A stretch of 64,000 nucleotides of DNA from positions 496,001 through 560,000 of the forward strand of contig CM039008.1 in assembly GCA_017499595.2 (NCBI GenBank), written 5' to 3'. This document shows, piece after piece, positions 49,952-64,000 of this stretch; within the stretch, counting starts at the first letter, position 1; every line of letters begins with the position of its first letter. The notes under the pieces were generated by a model that did no database searches, was not told the origin of the DNA, and saw only the letters and a program-made list of their open reading frames with translations. The DNA is from Psilocybe cubensis. Taxonomy: Eukaryota. The translations under genes and the position numbers were made by a program.

Positions 49952-50741
49952 TTGCCAGTGAGGGTTCGACATGGACATTGCAGGTTACCATTTTATCCTT
50001 TCTCTCTAGTCACATCTGTTTGTAAATTTTCTATTCCCGCCGTCGCATTCAGTTATTTCCCACTATTAATGTATTCAATAGAGAACCAAGGCAATCAACA
50101 CGTACTAGACGGATGCGAGTCCGGAAATCTACACCCCCATTTTTTTCTCGCCTCCGACTCTCATCTCCCCTTCCCCAATGTAAGTACACAACGAGGCAAA
50201 GTTCATCAATAGATGTATTGCTCGGACGACATTGCGTACATCCGATACCTACCGATGCATCGTTGTCCTGAGATTCCTTCCAGAATGTGAGAAGTATGCT
50301 GACTGCTTAGACGTGTCTAGAGCTCCATTAGAGACATAAAAAGGGGTATTTTGTACGATATATATCACGGAGGATAGTGGGGATTACCAAGGAAAAGATA
50401 GGTGGTGAGAGGTGGTGAGAGGTGGTGGCTAAGTGGGAGAACTGATTCCTGAGCGCGAGCTTTTAATCCAGTTTTGTGGGCGAAACCCTGCCGCTTTGAT
50501 AACCGGATGTTGGCCGGTGCATATGAGTTACCGAAAGATTGTAGGTCATTGTAGGTGCTACTAATCGCCGGATTCAGTGAGGAAAACCTTTACTACAATG
50601 TCCGCTTTGAATAATTTAATGCTTTTGTACAACTATAATAGGATGTTCCTATATGTACAAGCCTAGTTTCGAACCGACCCCGTTGATCCATTGAAATGTC
50701 TCCCGTAAAATCACATTGCAATGATGTCCATAAAAGATTCT

Positions 50742-53027
50742 CTAGGTCAAAACTTCGTCAGTTATCCCATGCCAGAAATCACATCGAGTCGTAAGCGCGT
50801 TGTCAACTTCTTCCATCGCAGAATTTTGGGGGTTGAATACGATGCGAGACAGTCCAGAATCGCTGCCTACCGGCTATACAAACAGTATAAGGTTCAACCA
50901 CCAGGTATCAGGAATTACAAATGAGGGACTAACCTTCCATTCCGGCCCAGATTTTGACACTGGCTTGCCTGTAGTCACAAACGATGTTATATATTCTCTC
51001 ATGGTCTCGAAGAGTGCTAAATCATCATCGTCTGCATCTAAAGAAGGGCTAAAGTACGCTTGAAGTTCATCCTTATGATGGGAACCTAGATGAGGATTAT
51101 CGTAGCTGCGACGTGATCAGTGTGTACAAAATATTGGAACCGGACACACGGCTCACCGATATTGGTATGCAGAGTTCCCAAAGGCCGGAACGGCAGGAGT
51201 CGACATCAAAGCGCTGCAAATATATCTAGCCTCGCCGTACATCTGCTGACCCTGCAGACTGACGTTGCCACCGAAGCTTTCCAAAGGATAAAGAGAAAAT
51301 CCTGTGGTTGTGATCGTTTCACTAGTCAGACTAGGATACTGTCCGACTAGGAAATTAAAGACAGTGGTTTCTGTTGCGTTCGGGAAAGATGTATTGGCCG
51401 CAGGATCCGGAACAGTGGAAGACCAATGAGCGCCTTCGTCTGTATTTGAGCCTGCAATGACGGGAACATGGGCAAATCGACCAGCCTTGTAGGCTTCAAC
51501 TGGTCTTTCCTTAATAAGGATGTTATCGACAACGGGGGCGAAAAGGAATAGGGTATCTGGCCGGGCAGCCAGCAAACTGCTTCCGGCCTTTGCCAACTTG
51601 GTGCTAGTGAGTTTACGAAGACAGTTCAGCTGTCCGTCCTTCGCAGCAGTCGTCCCGTTTCCGCATCCTCTAGAATGATGTCAGGTAATGATACGCACAT
51701 ATAAAAATATGATAAACCCACGCTAGCTCTGCAAATTGCTGAAAGATGCCTTCGTCGTAGTCATCGTTGAATGCCGGGGTATAGACAAGAGGAGGACTAT
51801 CCATTATTGCTGCATGAAAGAGGCCTTCGGTGTCTCCATTGTTTGCCATGAGCTGATAAAAGGAATCAGAGCCTAGATCAACATCAATATCTGCGCACAC
51901 TTACATGGTACATTATTGAACCAGCTCCTGCTGATTGTCCCCAGATTGTGACGTGGCTGGCATTAGATTCAAATAAAGATGAGAAGTAATGTATCTCATT
52001 ATGGATTTTATGGATCGTTGCTCACCCGCTGTCCCCTCCAAATTGACCAATGTATCTTTGGACCCATTTAAGAGCTGCCCTCTTGTAGTCAGAGTTAGCT
52101 GTAGTCAGCTCTACAATGCATAGTCAAAGATCATACCTGGTCCAAAAATCCAGCGTTTATTGCCCCACTTTCGGCGATTTCAGATCCTCCTGGAACCGAG
52201 GACGTGATTATCTTCTGGATGTTCATGTGGATAGTAGCTGCTACAAACCTAAGAAGCCAAACTGGCCAAGTCGGTATTCAAATGACGCAAAAATGAATGG
52301 TTGGGAGCTTGATGCCATGAGTAAATCTGGATGGAACTCATGTGTAGTGCCAATCTGGAATCCCCCACCTGCATAGCTAACGTGAGATGGACGATCGTGA
52401 TATTGAAAGAGAAACACGCCATACCATGGAACCATACTAGTACTGGGAGCTTATCGTTGACATGTGTATTGTTAGGCACGAAGATCTATAATGCGTTTGC
52501 TTAGCTAGATTCCCTAACAAAATGCAAAACACGAGAAAAATTGAGACTGACATTCGCAAATAGGCAATCCTCGGACGTCTCGTTCTTCACAAGAATTTGA
52601 TTTGTTCGAACGCATGAGAGACCAAACTTGACGGCCAAAAATTAGTGCTATCCCTGAGTAATCCTCATAAAATATGGCCAACCTTAGTAGCATTAACATT
52701 GCCCAGGTTTTGGGAAGGAGGAGAAACAGGGGCGGTCCATCGCATATCCCCGGTTGGAGGATCTGCAAACTTTATGCCTCGAAACGAAAATATCCCACTG
52801 GTCTTATTGTGCCTGCCCTTAAATGTACCATCTACAAAAATCAATTCAAATGATTAGCGTTGATGCGATTGCGATTAAAAAGTAACGTAAAAAAACGTAC
52901 AATCCAAGGTCACTGTGGTGCTTATGCGAGGACCTGTCTTTCTTGGTATGAGATTGCCTAGCACAAAAGTTTGAGGCAATAAGAGAAGAAGCAGGGAGAG
53001 TATATAGTAGTTTATCCTGTGCGCCAT
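50742..53027 (-). CDS. Secreted type-B carboxylesterase/lipase
   Basis: Signal peptide MAHRINYYILSLLLLLL; FADPPTGDMRW; EDCL; LPVLVWFHGGGF; EYRLGQFGFL; catalytic VTIWGQSAGAGS; GSNTDEG; ends RCDFWHGITDEVLT*. Confidence 0.9.
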
Positions 53028-56000
53028 AGGTCGCAGTGAATACTCTGAAGAAAGTCACAAAGGCAAGAGGTGACTTTATATAGCCGGGGAGAAACGGATA
53101 TGAGTTGATAGTTCTGTAATAAATGGATCATCCTGTCGATACAAGCAGTATGTAGTTCTCATGCCACGAGTTCCAAAATACTTCCGACAGACACCATGAC
53201 AGCCTCAGTCTTGGTTCGGTAAGATGGGTGTCGACATGCGTCATAGATATCCCGCTCTACAAATACACAGACCAATTTAAGAGGAAGAATTACAGAAGAA
53301 TATCGTCACCGTTGGTTTTTGAACGGGGTCTGTGGGGGAATTATGGTGTCACGAGCCTCCCAAAGTCTGCAAGCTCAGGCTGGCGAGCAACTCCACTATA
53401 TCTGAAAATAGCCTAGGACAACAGCCGAAATTCGTACATTTGAAATGCATGCTACGTACGAGCGTAAAGCAGTGGCGTATCGCGTCAAAGATAAGGAAGG
53501 ACGATATGTTGTCCCATAGATGGGTGTCAGACTGGGTGCCGAAAAATGGGATTGAAGATTGATGTATCGATGAAGAAGCGTTCAAGTCCAAGTTGCATAT
53601 TATCGTGCGAGCCCGGCAAAATCCGGTATTATGTAATACACGCGTGAGTCACATGGTTCCTCATCTTGCGCGTCACTGGTTTTGTTGCCATTTTCTTGGC
53701 TCAATCCATAATTGGTCGCGGAAGTCTGACGTAGTCACCAGTGATAATCATGCAGTTAAGGTTGTTTGTAAGGGAAAGAGAGCATTGCTCCTGGTCATGG
53801 ATAGAGTTTGATATGCCAATGAGAGCCCAGTAACTTGAAGATGCGGAAATCATATTATGGATTGACAGATGGAAATATTTTATGCGCTTCTATCTCGCCT
53901 ACTACTGGACAGCCTGAGCCTTCAACCTCGTAAAATGAGACTGTGGCTCAGAATGCAGTTATCGTGGGTCCGAAGCTGATATCGCAAATACTGGTCGGGT
54001 GAACAGATCCCGTTCGCAGCATATGATTGGGTACTGGGGGAGTGCAAAAACGATAATCATGGCTGACGTCGGAACCTTGAGTAGGACTTCGACACCCGTG
54101 AAACCCATATCATGGCGTCCGATGCGATGCCAACATGGTTACTCCCAAGGCACTGACACTTTATGGAAATGCCATAATTAACTGAGATTTTATAGCTTAA
54201 GTTTCGCCTTGGCATTCCAGGGCGCTCTCTGGCAATGACTTCGTAGAACGAGTCGTCAGAGCATTTCTCTACTCGTATGGTCAGGATGCTTAAGAAAAAA
54301 TTAAACAGTCCTGGATTGCGTATAGGGTGTTTCATGAACTTTGTCATACCTTGATAAGATATCTGGCTAGAAGAAGTAAAATTTTCGTGCGCTTGGAATG
54401 GATATTCTCACCTTGATGAAAGATGATGCTTCTGCAGCTGTCTTACCACTACTTGCTCTGTTACCGGCGTTTACAGATGATGTGACTAATGCAGGCGGAA
54501 CATCTGCGTCTTTCCATAATGATGTATCAAAATAAAGACTAATTCCACGGTGGATTACTCACAATAATATCTGGGACTCCAAAGCACAACTACGCCAGAA
54601 ACATCCTGATAATTCAAATTACGTCCTTCAAGTTGCTCTGGAGAGACCCAAAATCCTGTAAATTACTGAGTTCGCAAAGATCTATCTCCCAGAAGTGTAA
54701 GCAACATTACTGACAAGCTTCGATCCAACTGAGGAATATCTCACCGTCATCCAATCAATCACCATCAGTTCTCCGTCTTCTCTGATTTTTACCGTATCTC
54801 TTAACCTCATCCACTGCACCGGAAGAATCATTTTAAACGTCTTTTATCGCGCGTAGCATACAAGCAACGACATCACCATCAACGAAAGTTTCTTTGGACC
54901 TGAGAAAAGATAAAGAAGTGTAAGATTGTGCGCCAGAAAAATACAACGGATACTCACGTTTTGCGATTGTTCAGGTGGTCCAACGCAACGTCTGGATGAC
55001 CAATTCACCGAATCTGTCGTTGAGACCGGCCAAAGTTCTATCAGCGGTCGCTACTCGTGCGACCTTTCCATGGACTTTTACCCATATAAAGGGGGGATAC
55101 TAGACTCTGTAGTTCGTGTCAATCCTCTTTTTTGTGATTTAAATTACCCCCTGTCTGTGGTGCTGAGCCACCTCATCTCTGTGATGTTGAGCCGCCTCCT
55201 TTCTGTGGTGTTGAACCACCTCCTTTCCATGAATGTCGACCATAGAACTATCTGGAAGAGCCGCCGTAACTGACAAACGCCTGGCCCACATTCACCTGTG
55301 TTTACCTTGCCTGCCTGATCGTTAAGTGCTGGTGCTGGCCTACAGAGCTACTTCATACTCCTCGTCGTACGAATGATCCCGTTACTAACTCAAACGGGAC
55401 AAAGAATATGACCTCGGATGGCCTGTGTTATGGTCGGCATTGGGTGCATCGTCGCGCTTCAATTACGTTGATGCTATAGTGACCACAATATGAGCTGCAG
55501 GTGCACCAAGTACGTAGGAAAATAAGAACCCAAGATTGAAGGTGTCTTCCACGTACGACATATTGTAGGTCCACGAATGCTATATGATGGGAAAGGATAT
55601 TTAAACAGTCTGACAGGGTGTGTAAGAATGGTTAAAGCAGTCTTACTATTCATCGTTTTGCTTGATTGTGTGCAAGAAACATCTTGAGCGGTTGCGCAGA
55701 GCGGTGATTGACTCTTTGGGGAAATCTACAATCATGTGATTCGATAGTGGTAAGACGCCAATGCTCTGAGCGACTATTGGCGCACAGAGAAGATTTTAGA
55801 GAGCATGCCGTTCACTACCTTCAAGGTCAGATACAGATATTTCACGCTCAAAAAATTTCAACAGTAGAAAGGAAAACAGTTATAGCTTGTCAAACATTGT
55901 GCGTAGCAATCTTCGCACGTAACCTATGTACAAATGATGAAAGAAATAACGACCATGCGTGCTGCACAAAAAGCGACAGCAAGATATACAACAGGGGAAT

Positions 56001-56072
56001 GCAGATGCAAAATAGGTGAATATGATACAATGTTGAAAAAAGATTAGCGATGAACCACAAATTAGCAATATG

Positions 56073-59000
56073 TTACACAGAGGTAAAAGTGTGTACGGGT
56101 CCAGTGGCATCAATGCGTACGACACCGCAGGCCTGCAATCCAAGGCTTATGGCAAAGGAAAGGTCATCGTTGGACAGGTTGGGAGGGCCGAAAGTTTCTA
56201 TAATAGAATTTCAGAAAATGAGAATTTAGCAAGGAAAAAAAACAAGCTGCGTACCCACATCAGCTTCAGGCTCTTCACCTTCATCTTCCGAAGAACTGAG
56301 AGACGATAGAGAGGACAGGTCGCCAAACGGATCGTATGGCTTGGGTTCCGGACGATAGAGCGCAAACGTGTCGCTGCCAACGAAGTGCCGTAACTTACGT
56401 TGCTCCTTGCTTTTCTTCTTGGCTCGCTTGGTTTGCTTAAGGGCTGGCAGCGAGTGAAGATATTTGGCCACCGAACGCTTGGAGATGCCCCATGAACGTT
56501 GCACCGCTCCCACAAATATGTGCGCTTTCTTTGTCACCGGGATACTGGGCAAAGCAGGGACGACACCGATGTTGGAGAAGGCATCTACCGATGTATACGT
56601 CGCTCCGACACGCTTTCCGTTGAGATCGTACATGGTTGCAAAATATTGGGCATTTTGGGTCAGATCAGGAGGTGTCGCATGGCGGGGTTGTGCTGTATGT
56701 GAGGCAGGAAGGGTGTAGTGCGGCAGTATGTCGGGTGGTGGCGAGGATGGTAAAGGACGATTGCCGGGAGGCCGTTTACGGGACGAGACGTATGTCTCTC
56801 CTCGTTTTTTACAGCAGGCGGTACAGTTACAAAATTCTAAGCAACGCGGACAGTTGTCCGCCCAAACGATTTCGATGCCATCATAAAAAAGCTCATCAGG
56901 ATACCTGATTTCACAAGAATTAATCAACATATTCAAAGATTAACATGACCAACAAAAAACTCATACCGGGTTGTCAGACAACGAAGGCAAAACTTGGAAT
57001 CGCATGCAGGACAAACCATCTTGAGGATAGATGTTCTATTCCTGCACTGGTGACAGTACAATGATACCTCTTCCCGAGGCCAGTTCTCATTTTCTTGTCG
57101 ATATCTATCCTTTGATGACAGTGGATCGCCGCGCTCCTTTCGCGCTGGTTTGGGCGCAACTTCCGCCTTGGGTGGCAACGGCAATCCATCCCCGAAGCCC
57201 TCTTTTCTAAGGAACTCATCGACCTCAACAAAGTCCTGCAACTTGCGTTGTGTCCGCTGTCGTTTTGGCAGAATTCGAACAGTTTCCTTGTCCAGCTTAA
57301 CTTCGTTCTCTTGCAGACCGTCCTTCACTCCGACATCAGCTGCAGGCGTAGGCGAGGGAGCATGTTCGTTTCTAGCGAGTCCATGGTCGTGATCGACATC
57401 ATGGAATGAGGTAGATGATGCGCGCCGCGACTTCCGTTTCGGTAAAGCGATACGTGGTAGGGACGTTTTCATAGAAGGCGCACATTCTTCATCTGCCAAT
57501 GCTTTATCCACAGCTTTCACCTTTCCCTTACTGATATGCCTCCCATTTGAAGACACGTATACGATATCCGGCAAAGCATCCGAGGCATTCAACGATGAAG
57601 ATGACGCGCGTCGTTTCTTTCGTTTCGCGGGACGCTCCAAATCGTTATCAGGAACGACGGACGCTGAAGATGTCGGTTTCTCCCTCGATTTGACTGCCAA
57701 CACGTCCGCCAACGGCGTGTCATCATCCGAATCCGATGAGTCCGAAGAGATAGATACATGCCGCTTTCGTTTCTTCAGATATTGATATATCGATGCTGCT
57801 TGTGGCGGTTCGTACTCGCGGTCAGGGGTGTTCTCCGAAGAGGAAGATGGGAATACGATATTGCTGGATGACGCCGAGCGAGCTTGTACCCCAGAAGGGC
57901 CTGCGACAGGAGCAGTCGATTGCGTCCCGACGTCGCCGTTGTCATCATCGCTGGGAGGAAAGTCGTCTGCGTATTCAAGCAGGGGTTCTGAGATTTCTGG
58001 TGCCTCAGGCTCGATCACAGAACTTTCTACCAGTAGGGAGGGATCGATCGTCTCATATTGATATTCATTTTGAGGGGGAACACCCAAATCCCACGGATAA
58101 CCCAATTCAGGTTCCGTGCCATCAAAGGTCGATGCAAATGGAGCTTTGTCGTGATCAAGTCCATCGCTCAGGGCGTATAGTGTTGACAAAATCTGTCCAT
58201 TATTATCTAGACTGGCAGGTACAGCCGTGGATGATGAACCTGGCTGGAGGATAGGAGAGGGTGAGCGAACATAATTGTGAATGAAAATATCGTCGGAGTT
58301 GGACTTTCTGAAAGCTCCATGGGCACTGCCAGCGTTGGTATTAGATACATTGGACTGGAATTGGGAGGTAGCATCATGATGAGAGGAAAGAAGTCCAAAA
58401 GTTCGGAATGGTCGGTCAGCTTCGTATGGTTCATTGTCGATCGCCTTTCGCTTTCCAAGGGCTTTGGCGGATGGCGTAGATGGGCCAAGGGCTTCGTCGA
58501 GCTGAGAGCTCTGTCCTGGCTGTGGCACTGTACCCAAAGCATCCTTGACGAGCTGAGTGAGCGATTGCGTTGGTTGAGATTGTTGCGTCGAATCCGTGGA
58601 GGAGGAAGGAGAGATTGACTTGTAAGCTCCATGAGACTGAGGTTTGGCTACAGTTTTTCCCTTTGACGACTTCTCCTTCTCCTTCTTACGATACTGAGCT
58701 GCAAGATCGATTTTGGGAGAATACTCCTGCTGCTCTGGATGAGACTGGGCTATCTCAAATTCATCCTCGTCCGAATCATCTGTATATCCACCGTCCATAT
58801 CCCAACTGGTAGGTATCTTCCCCCCAACAGAGATTTCTTCTTCATCTAACAATGGTTGAGCAGGAATCCGATAAAACCAAGGTGTTTCTCGATTTAAAGA
58901 TCCGGTCCTCCTCCTAGAAGGGGAGCCATCTGTAGCAGAGGGGCTGAATGAATTTGAATGCCGTTGCTGCTTGATCCAGTTTCGCAGATGTCTAATGTTG

Positions 59001-60574
59001 AAGTCCCACATCTCGAAGGCAATAGGTTTCACCATTTTCACATTGAGGACAGTCGGACCAGTGTTCTCTTTCTCATCAGTAATTACAGACTTTGATATAC
59101 CGACCTTGGGTTGCGGCATTATCGGTACAGGTTGAGGTGTAGATTCTGCCACAGAGTTGCCGCCATCCGGTGTGGTCAGATCGATATCGACGCGTGTGTG
59201 CCCGCGCTTCTGTTTCTTTGCGGGGTTCTGATAGGGCCCATCGTCTTTATGAACACGTTTCTTGATCTTCAATTTTGACACGAATGAAGAGCTTTCGACA
59301 TTCGACGTGAGATCGATGACAATAGGGTGCTTGGATGAGCTAGCGATTGCGTTTTGTGGAGGTTTGGATTCTAACTCTTCAGGCTTCTTCTTCTTCTTCG
59401 CCTTCTTTGTCGCGCTTCGTACATCACAGAATTTGCTGTTCTCTGCCAACGCCAGATAGGCGTCCTCCAGAGTTCCATGGTACGTTACGGGAGGAGGCTT
59501 GTGGGAACGAGCTTTCTTGGTAGGATGGGACATCCATTTGTAGGCTGATATAGGTCCGCGCAGGGGAGGAACATCGACGTACAATGCCACTTGACGCTTA
59601 ACTACGGGAGGGGGTTTGGCAGACGGGGGCTCGGGAGTGAACAGGGGTCCGGAAGATCCTATGCGCTCTGAAGGCGATGGTGAAAAAAGTGAATTATGTC
59701 CAGAGTAAGCAGGCGATGGGACTCTGTTCTGTTGTAAAAGCGGTCAAATGAATGATAATCTACACAAATAAAAATACATACTTCTGGTTCTGTGTTTACT
59801 TTAGTAGGGGAAACCTGTGAGATAAGCTGTGAACAAGTGAATAATGAATCCTAGTGCCAACTCACCAATAACCTCTGTATATCGATCACCTCTACTTCGT
59901 CATCGTCATCTCCTTCTGCGTCTGTCGAATGTAATGATATTACTTCGATGTCTCTCTTAGGAGTCGGCGAGGGCAGTCGAAAAAGAGTAGCTTCCAACTT
60001 TTTGGCAAGTGCGGGTGACGTAGGCGCGACATGAGCATGAAATGCATGCAGAAGGGAGTTTTCAACAGGTACAAAGATTCTAGAGGTTTTTTGTGACCTA
60101 TTTGACGCGTTTATTGCTTCGTCCGGAGGGGTGGGCTTCATCTGCAAGTAATTCGTGAGAGGAAACAATAATAGAATCGCTCAAGCATACTAACTCTATT
60201 TGCTGGTGACATATTCTCTGTCGTGTTCTCATAGTCGGCAAGTCCGAATACACGCGCTTTTCTTCCGGTGTTGCTTCCGTCATTCTGTATAGTAAGATTA
60301 GCATCAAGTCTGACGCAAACAACGGTGACCCGCTCACAGTTGAGCTTGAGCTGATGGCTGCCTCTGAGTAGTTTGTCACATTGTTATGGTGTATAGATTC
60401 AGTGATGGCTGTCGAGATATCGTTCGTCGCCTTCACTTTTTCACTCTGCTTTGCCAAAACATGGGATCGGCTGTCCCATATGCTCGAGGGGCCCTGCGTG
60501 GAATTCTGCGTATCCAACGGCTCCGGATTCGATAGTCGGCCATCCCAGTTCTCTAGTGTGTAGCTTTTCATCAT
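56073..60574 (-). CDS. Large low-complexity nuclear protein with a zf-4CXXC_R1 zinc finger
   Basis: 885-aa exon 56933-59590. Spliced CHQCRNRT...CPACDSKFCLRCLTTR|YPD...CPRCLEFCNCTACCKKRG. Several basic NLS-like runs. Termini approximate. Confidence 0.8.
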
Positions 60575-63165
60575 CTTCCTTTATTGAAAGATAAACAAGT
60601 GTGAGTAGCAAGGAATGTCATGGACTCATGAATAGCAAAGTGAAGTCAAGCGAGAATAGAACGAACAATGGGTGCCCTCCCAAACTTGTGTGTGTGTCGC
60701 GTTACGTAATGCAGTGCCATTTTTCTTCCACGCGTTTTTTGCACGTTTTCAATTTAGCGGCGTGACTCACATCCGTGCCCCTATCCTCCCCTATCTTTGA
60801 TATACACAAGTTATTCTATGAACAATGAGGCGTATTCCATAGATAGAAAAGATGAGTGGTGGAAAGAAATCTACTTTTCAGAGGCGTTCAAGTAAGCATT
60901 AGTAATAATATATGTACAGGAATTGTGGAAATCATACTATACCCGGACTGTTGTGTCTATTAAGAGGTGAAAAAATGGTGAGCAAAGTGCACTGTAGAAA
61001 TGGCGAAAATGCAACTAATTCGAACATATTATCATCATTCCAGTTATTATTTTCGAGTTTGGTGGAATCTTCATGGATTGCGAGAGAGGTACAGATCTTC
61101 CTAGATACGGGCCATTCTACCCACATTCTACAGTATTTCAGGTCCATATACAATATATACAATTGTAATGATGTATCTGTTTAGTTTAAGCTTCATGGAT
61201 TACTTTCTTGGAAGCAAGGCAAGTCTCTTGTCCTCCCGCGGCGGTGTTGACTCTGCCTTATCCAATGTGACGCTTCTGAAGCCATGCAATATCATCTCCA
61301 TAGTTCTTACCAATGACATCGATATTTCTGACACTGATGAATTACATTATTTCTTTTGTGGAGAAATGCCAGAAACACAATCGCCCCTTTACCCTCCTAA
61401 GCGCCAAAGACGAGTTCTTCGATTCAGAAATGATGCCGTCTCGTAAAACGTTAGGAAATCGCTAAGAGATCACCCTACAAGTTACTAAATTCTACAGCGG
61501 GAATAAAAATAAAGATTTGAAGATATTTGTCTAGACATCGCTGCCTTCATTGTTCTAACACTTATGCCATAAATTTGATGGGCTATCAGTACAACTCAGC
61601 ATGGGCGTCAAACGATAGATTTGTCAATTTTGCTTCATTTATCTCTATAAAACACGAAGGTTACCCTGGATCGTTGATATTAATGTATCCTTATATATCT
61701 ATGTCTATTCTACTTTTATTTCCTTAGACAATCCATCCAGCCTTGGTGATTGTTGCTATTCATCGCGTTCCTATTTTTAGACTAACATCACACGGGGTGC
61801 TTTGCACTGATCGCCTGACGGCCCCACTTCACCTTTAAGCGTTGGCTCATAACACGAGACAAAGCATATGACCTTTATTGTGAATTTCGTGGAGGATAAT
61901 CTATATTCAAAAACGGAATACTCCAAAGTCTGGTTGGAGATGCACCAGTTGCGATTCGACGCCAACTAAACGAACTTTATTTATCTGGATCGAAACCTTA
62001 GTCAACTTTTCAATGTCCTTGAAGCTTTTCATGCAGAAAATCTGCCTTGTAGCTCCTGGGTCGCGCAGCGTATATTTGAAATCCTTTGCTTAACTGCTTG
62101 AACAATTAAAGGGGCCTTGACTATACCACCGCTTAGAATGATTTTAGCGCTACGGGAATGAACGAAGACAGTTCGCCAAAATCCATCTGTCCGGAGAATC
62201 AAAATTTTATCAGAACAACCTATCGGCAAAGGCCATAAAGTCAAGATGAGCACTGTATTCTGCTCGGGTAGAATGAACGCTCACAATGAAATTCATGTCT
62301 GGCGAAACACAAGAACGCCGTTCTGCGGCGCAAAGTGTAAGTATCTGTTTCGTGAAGTCCCGGTCTAAAGCTCCTCCACCACGACATTTGCTTCGTAACG
62401 CTCCGGCGGGAAGCCCAGATTCAGATCCAAGCCAGTGCCACGTTATTGCAGAATTGTGTTACGAGAGTCAAAATCAGGTAGCCTTTCATCTGGATTCTGT
62501 AATATACTTATGCTATGTGGTGGCATAAATCTGGATTATCTCCAGGCGCCATATTTGCGATACACCGAACGGCAATGCCACGTCTATTTAATTTACCTGG
62601 GCCTTAAATGCTTATTCCAGTCCATTCTGCAGTCAAATAGTATGCCCTGCCTTAGTGTAAAGTAGTAGTTGAAAGGCGTTTTTCGTCAATCCGTTGGAAT
62701 CTTGTTGAACGTTTTGCGTAAGTTGGAAAATGAAATTCGCATTTTCCCGGTCCATAGACACTAACTTGATAATCTTGATTTAACGACGTGGGATGCAAAT
62801 TACTGCAGGATTTCTTCATAGACTAAATGGCAAACGGCAAAACTACGTCCAGCTACAACTAACGCAGAATTACAGTCGCTGCAAACTGCACCGTCGTTGA
62901 TCAGATGTCTCTGTTCTTACAGAGTTGTACAGCGCAGAGTTCCTAACTTGATTGCGCTCGCAAATTTTTCTTCAAGAAAATTGGCACCAAGGATTTTCAG
63001 ACTTTCAAATATTTTATTTGACTTCACAGCTGTCAGGTCGATACTCCGCCAACTCAACGGGCTTTTAATCGTTACTAAGCATCTGTAACTATCACGAATA
63101 TGAAAGTCGAAACAGAGGTGGCAAAAACAATTATTGCGAACAAAATTAACCAGTCGCCGATAACC

Positions 63166-64000
63166 TCAGTTCCATTTGAGCGTCAAAGGCTGATTCAACG
63201 TCACATTAACCCCAAGTGCGACAAGCTTGGCCTGTTGAGGAGCATACGTCCACGACGACACGATTCGGTTATTCGCAGAAACAGACTTCGGCTTAGACCC
63301 GACGCCCAGAATGGTGATATCCTGCAATTTCGGTCCCACCTGGAACCCACCAGATCCACTGACAGTGAGCTCGTTTTTGGTCGCCTTGAACACGAGGTTT
63401 CGACTAGGTCCGGGTGGGTTGCTGATGCCGTCATCGAGGTAAGCACTGCCTTGTGCTAGACCTTGTGCATTGAGGGATACGAGGAGAGAGAACGGGCCTT
63501 GGCGAGTCTCCTCAATCGTGTACGCTGGTTGGGCGTGCAGAAGGATAACAGACCCACCGCGGATGTGGACGTTGATGTGGCCTAGCGGAGCAGAAAGTGT
63601 GGTTGGCTGACCAGGTGTAGTCTTGAGGACATCGTGGGTGTACCAATCGCGCCAGATCACCGATCCACGTCCGGGGAATACCCCTGCCATTATGAAATAC
63701 GTTCTCAACTCGGTTTGGAGGAAAACAAAAAGAAACATTATTACCTGATACTGTCGTAGCGTTGGGCAGTAAAACCGGAGTGACGAGGATGTCACCGCCA
63801 ACCAAGAACTGTGCGTCCACGCTGAAGAGCTCTGGCTCATCCGGGAACTCATAGAACAGCGCTCGCACCGGTGGCGTCCCGGTAGTAGACGAATTGGCAA
63901 AGAGAGTATACTGCAACCGGTCCATCGCACATCAATCTCACAAGTCAAAAACGAACGAAGAAATTTGACTTGCCCAGTAGGGAAGCAGAGAATACCGAAT
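63166..64000 (-). CDS. Glycoside hydrolase family 31 (alpha-glucosidase-like), 3' part; runs off the window
   Basis: GTPPVRALFYEFPDE...QFLVGGDILVTPVL; WRDWYT; APLGHINVHIRGG; GSAYLDDG. Confidence 0.9.
   Translation of the reverse strand, partial: FGILCFPTGQVKFLRSFLTCEIDVRWTGCSILSLPIRLLPGRHRCERCSMSSRMSQSSSAWTHSSWLAVTSSSLRFYCPTLRQYQVIMFLFVFLQTELRTYFIMAGVFPGRGSVIWRDWYTHDVLKTTPGQPTTLSAPLGHINVHIRGGSVILLHAQPAYTIEETRQGPFSLLVSLNAQGLAQGSAYLDDGISNPPGPSRNLVFKATKNELTVSGSGGFQVGPKLQDITILGVGSKPKSVSANNRIVSSWTYAPQQAKLVALGVNVTLNQPLTLKWN

Noticed and set aside
54180-55430. Possible minus-strand gene with three 21-bp repeats at ~55150-55230
   Set aside because: Splice-like signals exist, but stops interrupt the frames I tried. 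Possibly a pseudogene; I cannot support a model.

Overview
Intron-rich fungal genomic DNA. The gene families (DUF6532/6533/6535, Plavaka transposase) point to an agaricomycete basidiomycete; this is an inference. The right half (~33.6-64 kb) is ordinary host sequence: NAP1, a DUF6533 membrane protein, a secreted protein, an OSH1/OSH2-type oxysterol-binding protein, a carboxylesterase, a zf-4CXXC_R1 protein and the 3' end of a GH31 gene. The left half holds a candidate ~24.7-kb Plavaka (CACTA-related) DNA transposon at 8642-33317, bounded by degenerate inverted termini, a possible 2-bp CT duplication and inverted TGTAGCAT subterminal motifs. Its seven predicted genes all point away from a perfect 201-bp palindrome: DUF6532, a small coiled-coil protein and an Spt5-like factor to the left; a JmjC dioxygenase, the transposase, a cyclin and a small unknown protein to the right. 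The transposase is interrupted by a recent, intact Ty3/Gypsy chromovirus (22653-29064; identical 450-bp LTRs; CTCGC TSD). By eye this retroelement has no CpG in 6.4 kb, and it has a Tf1-like 11-nt self-priming site. All family calls are by motif recognition, without database searches.
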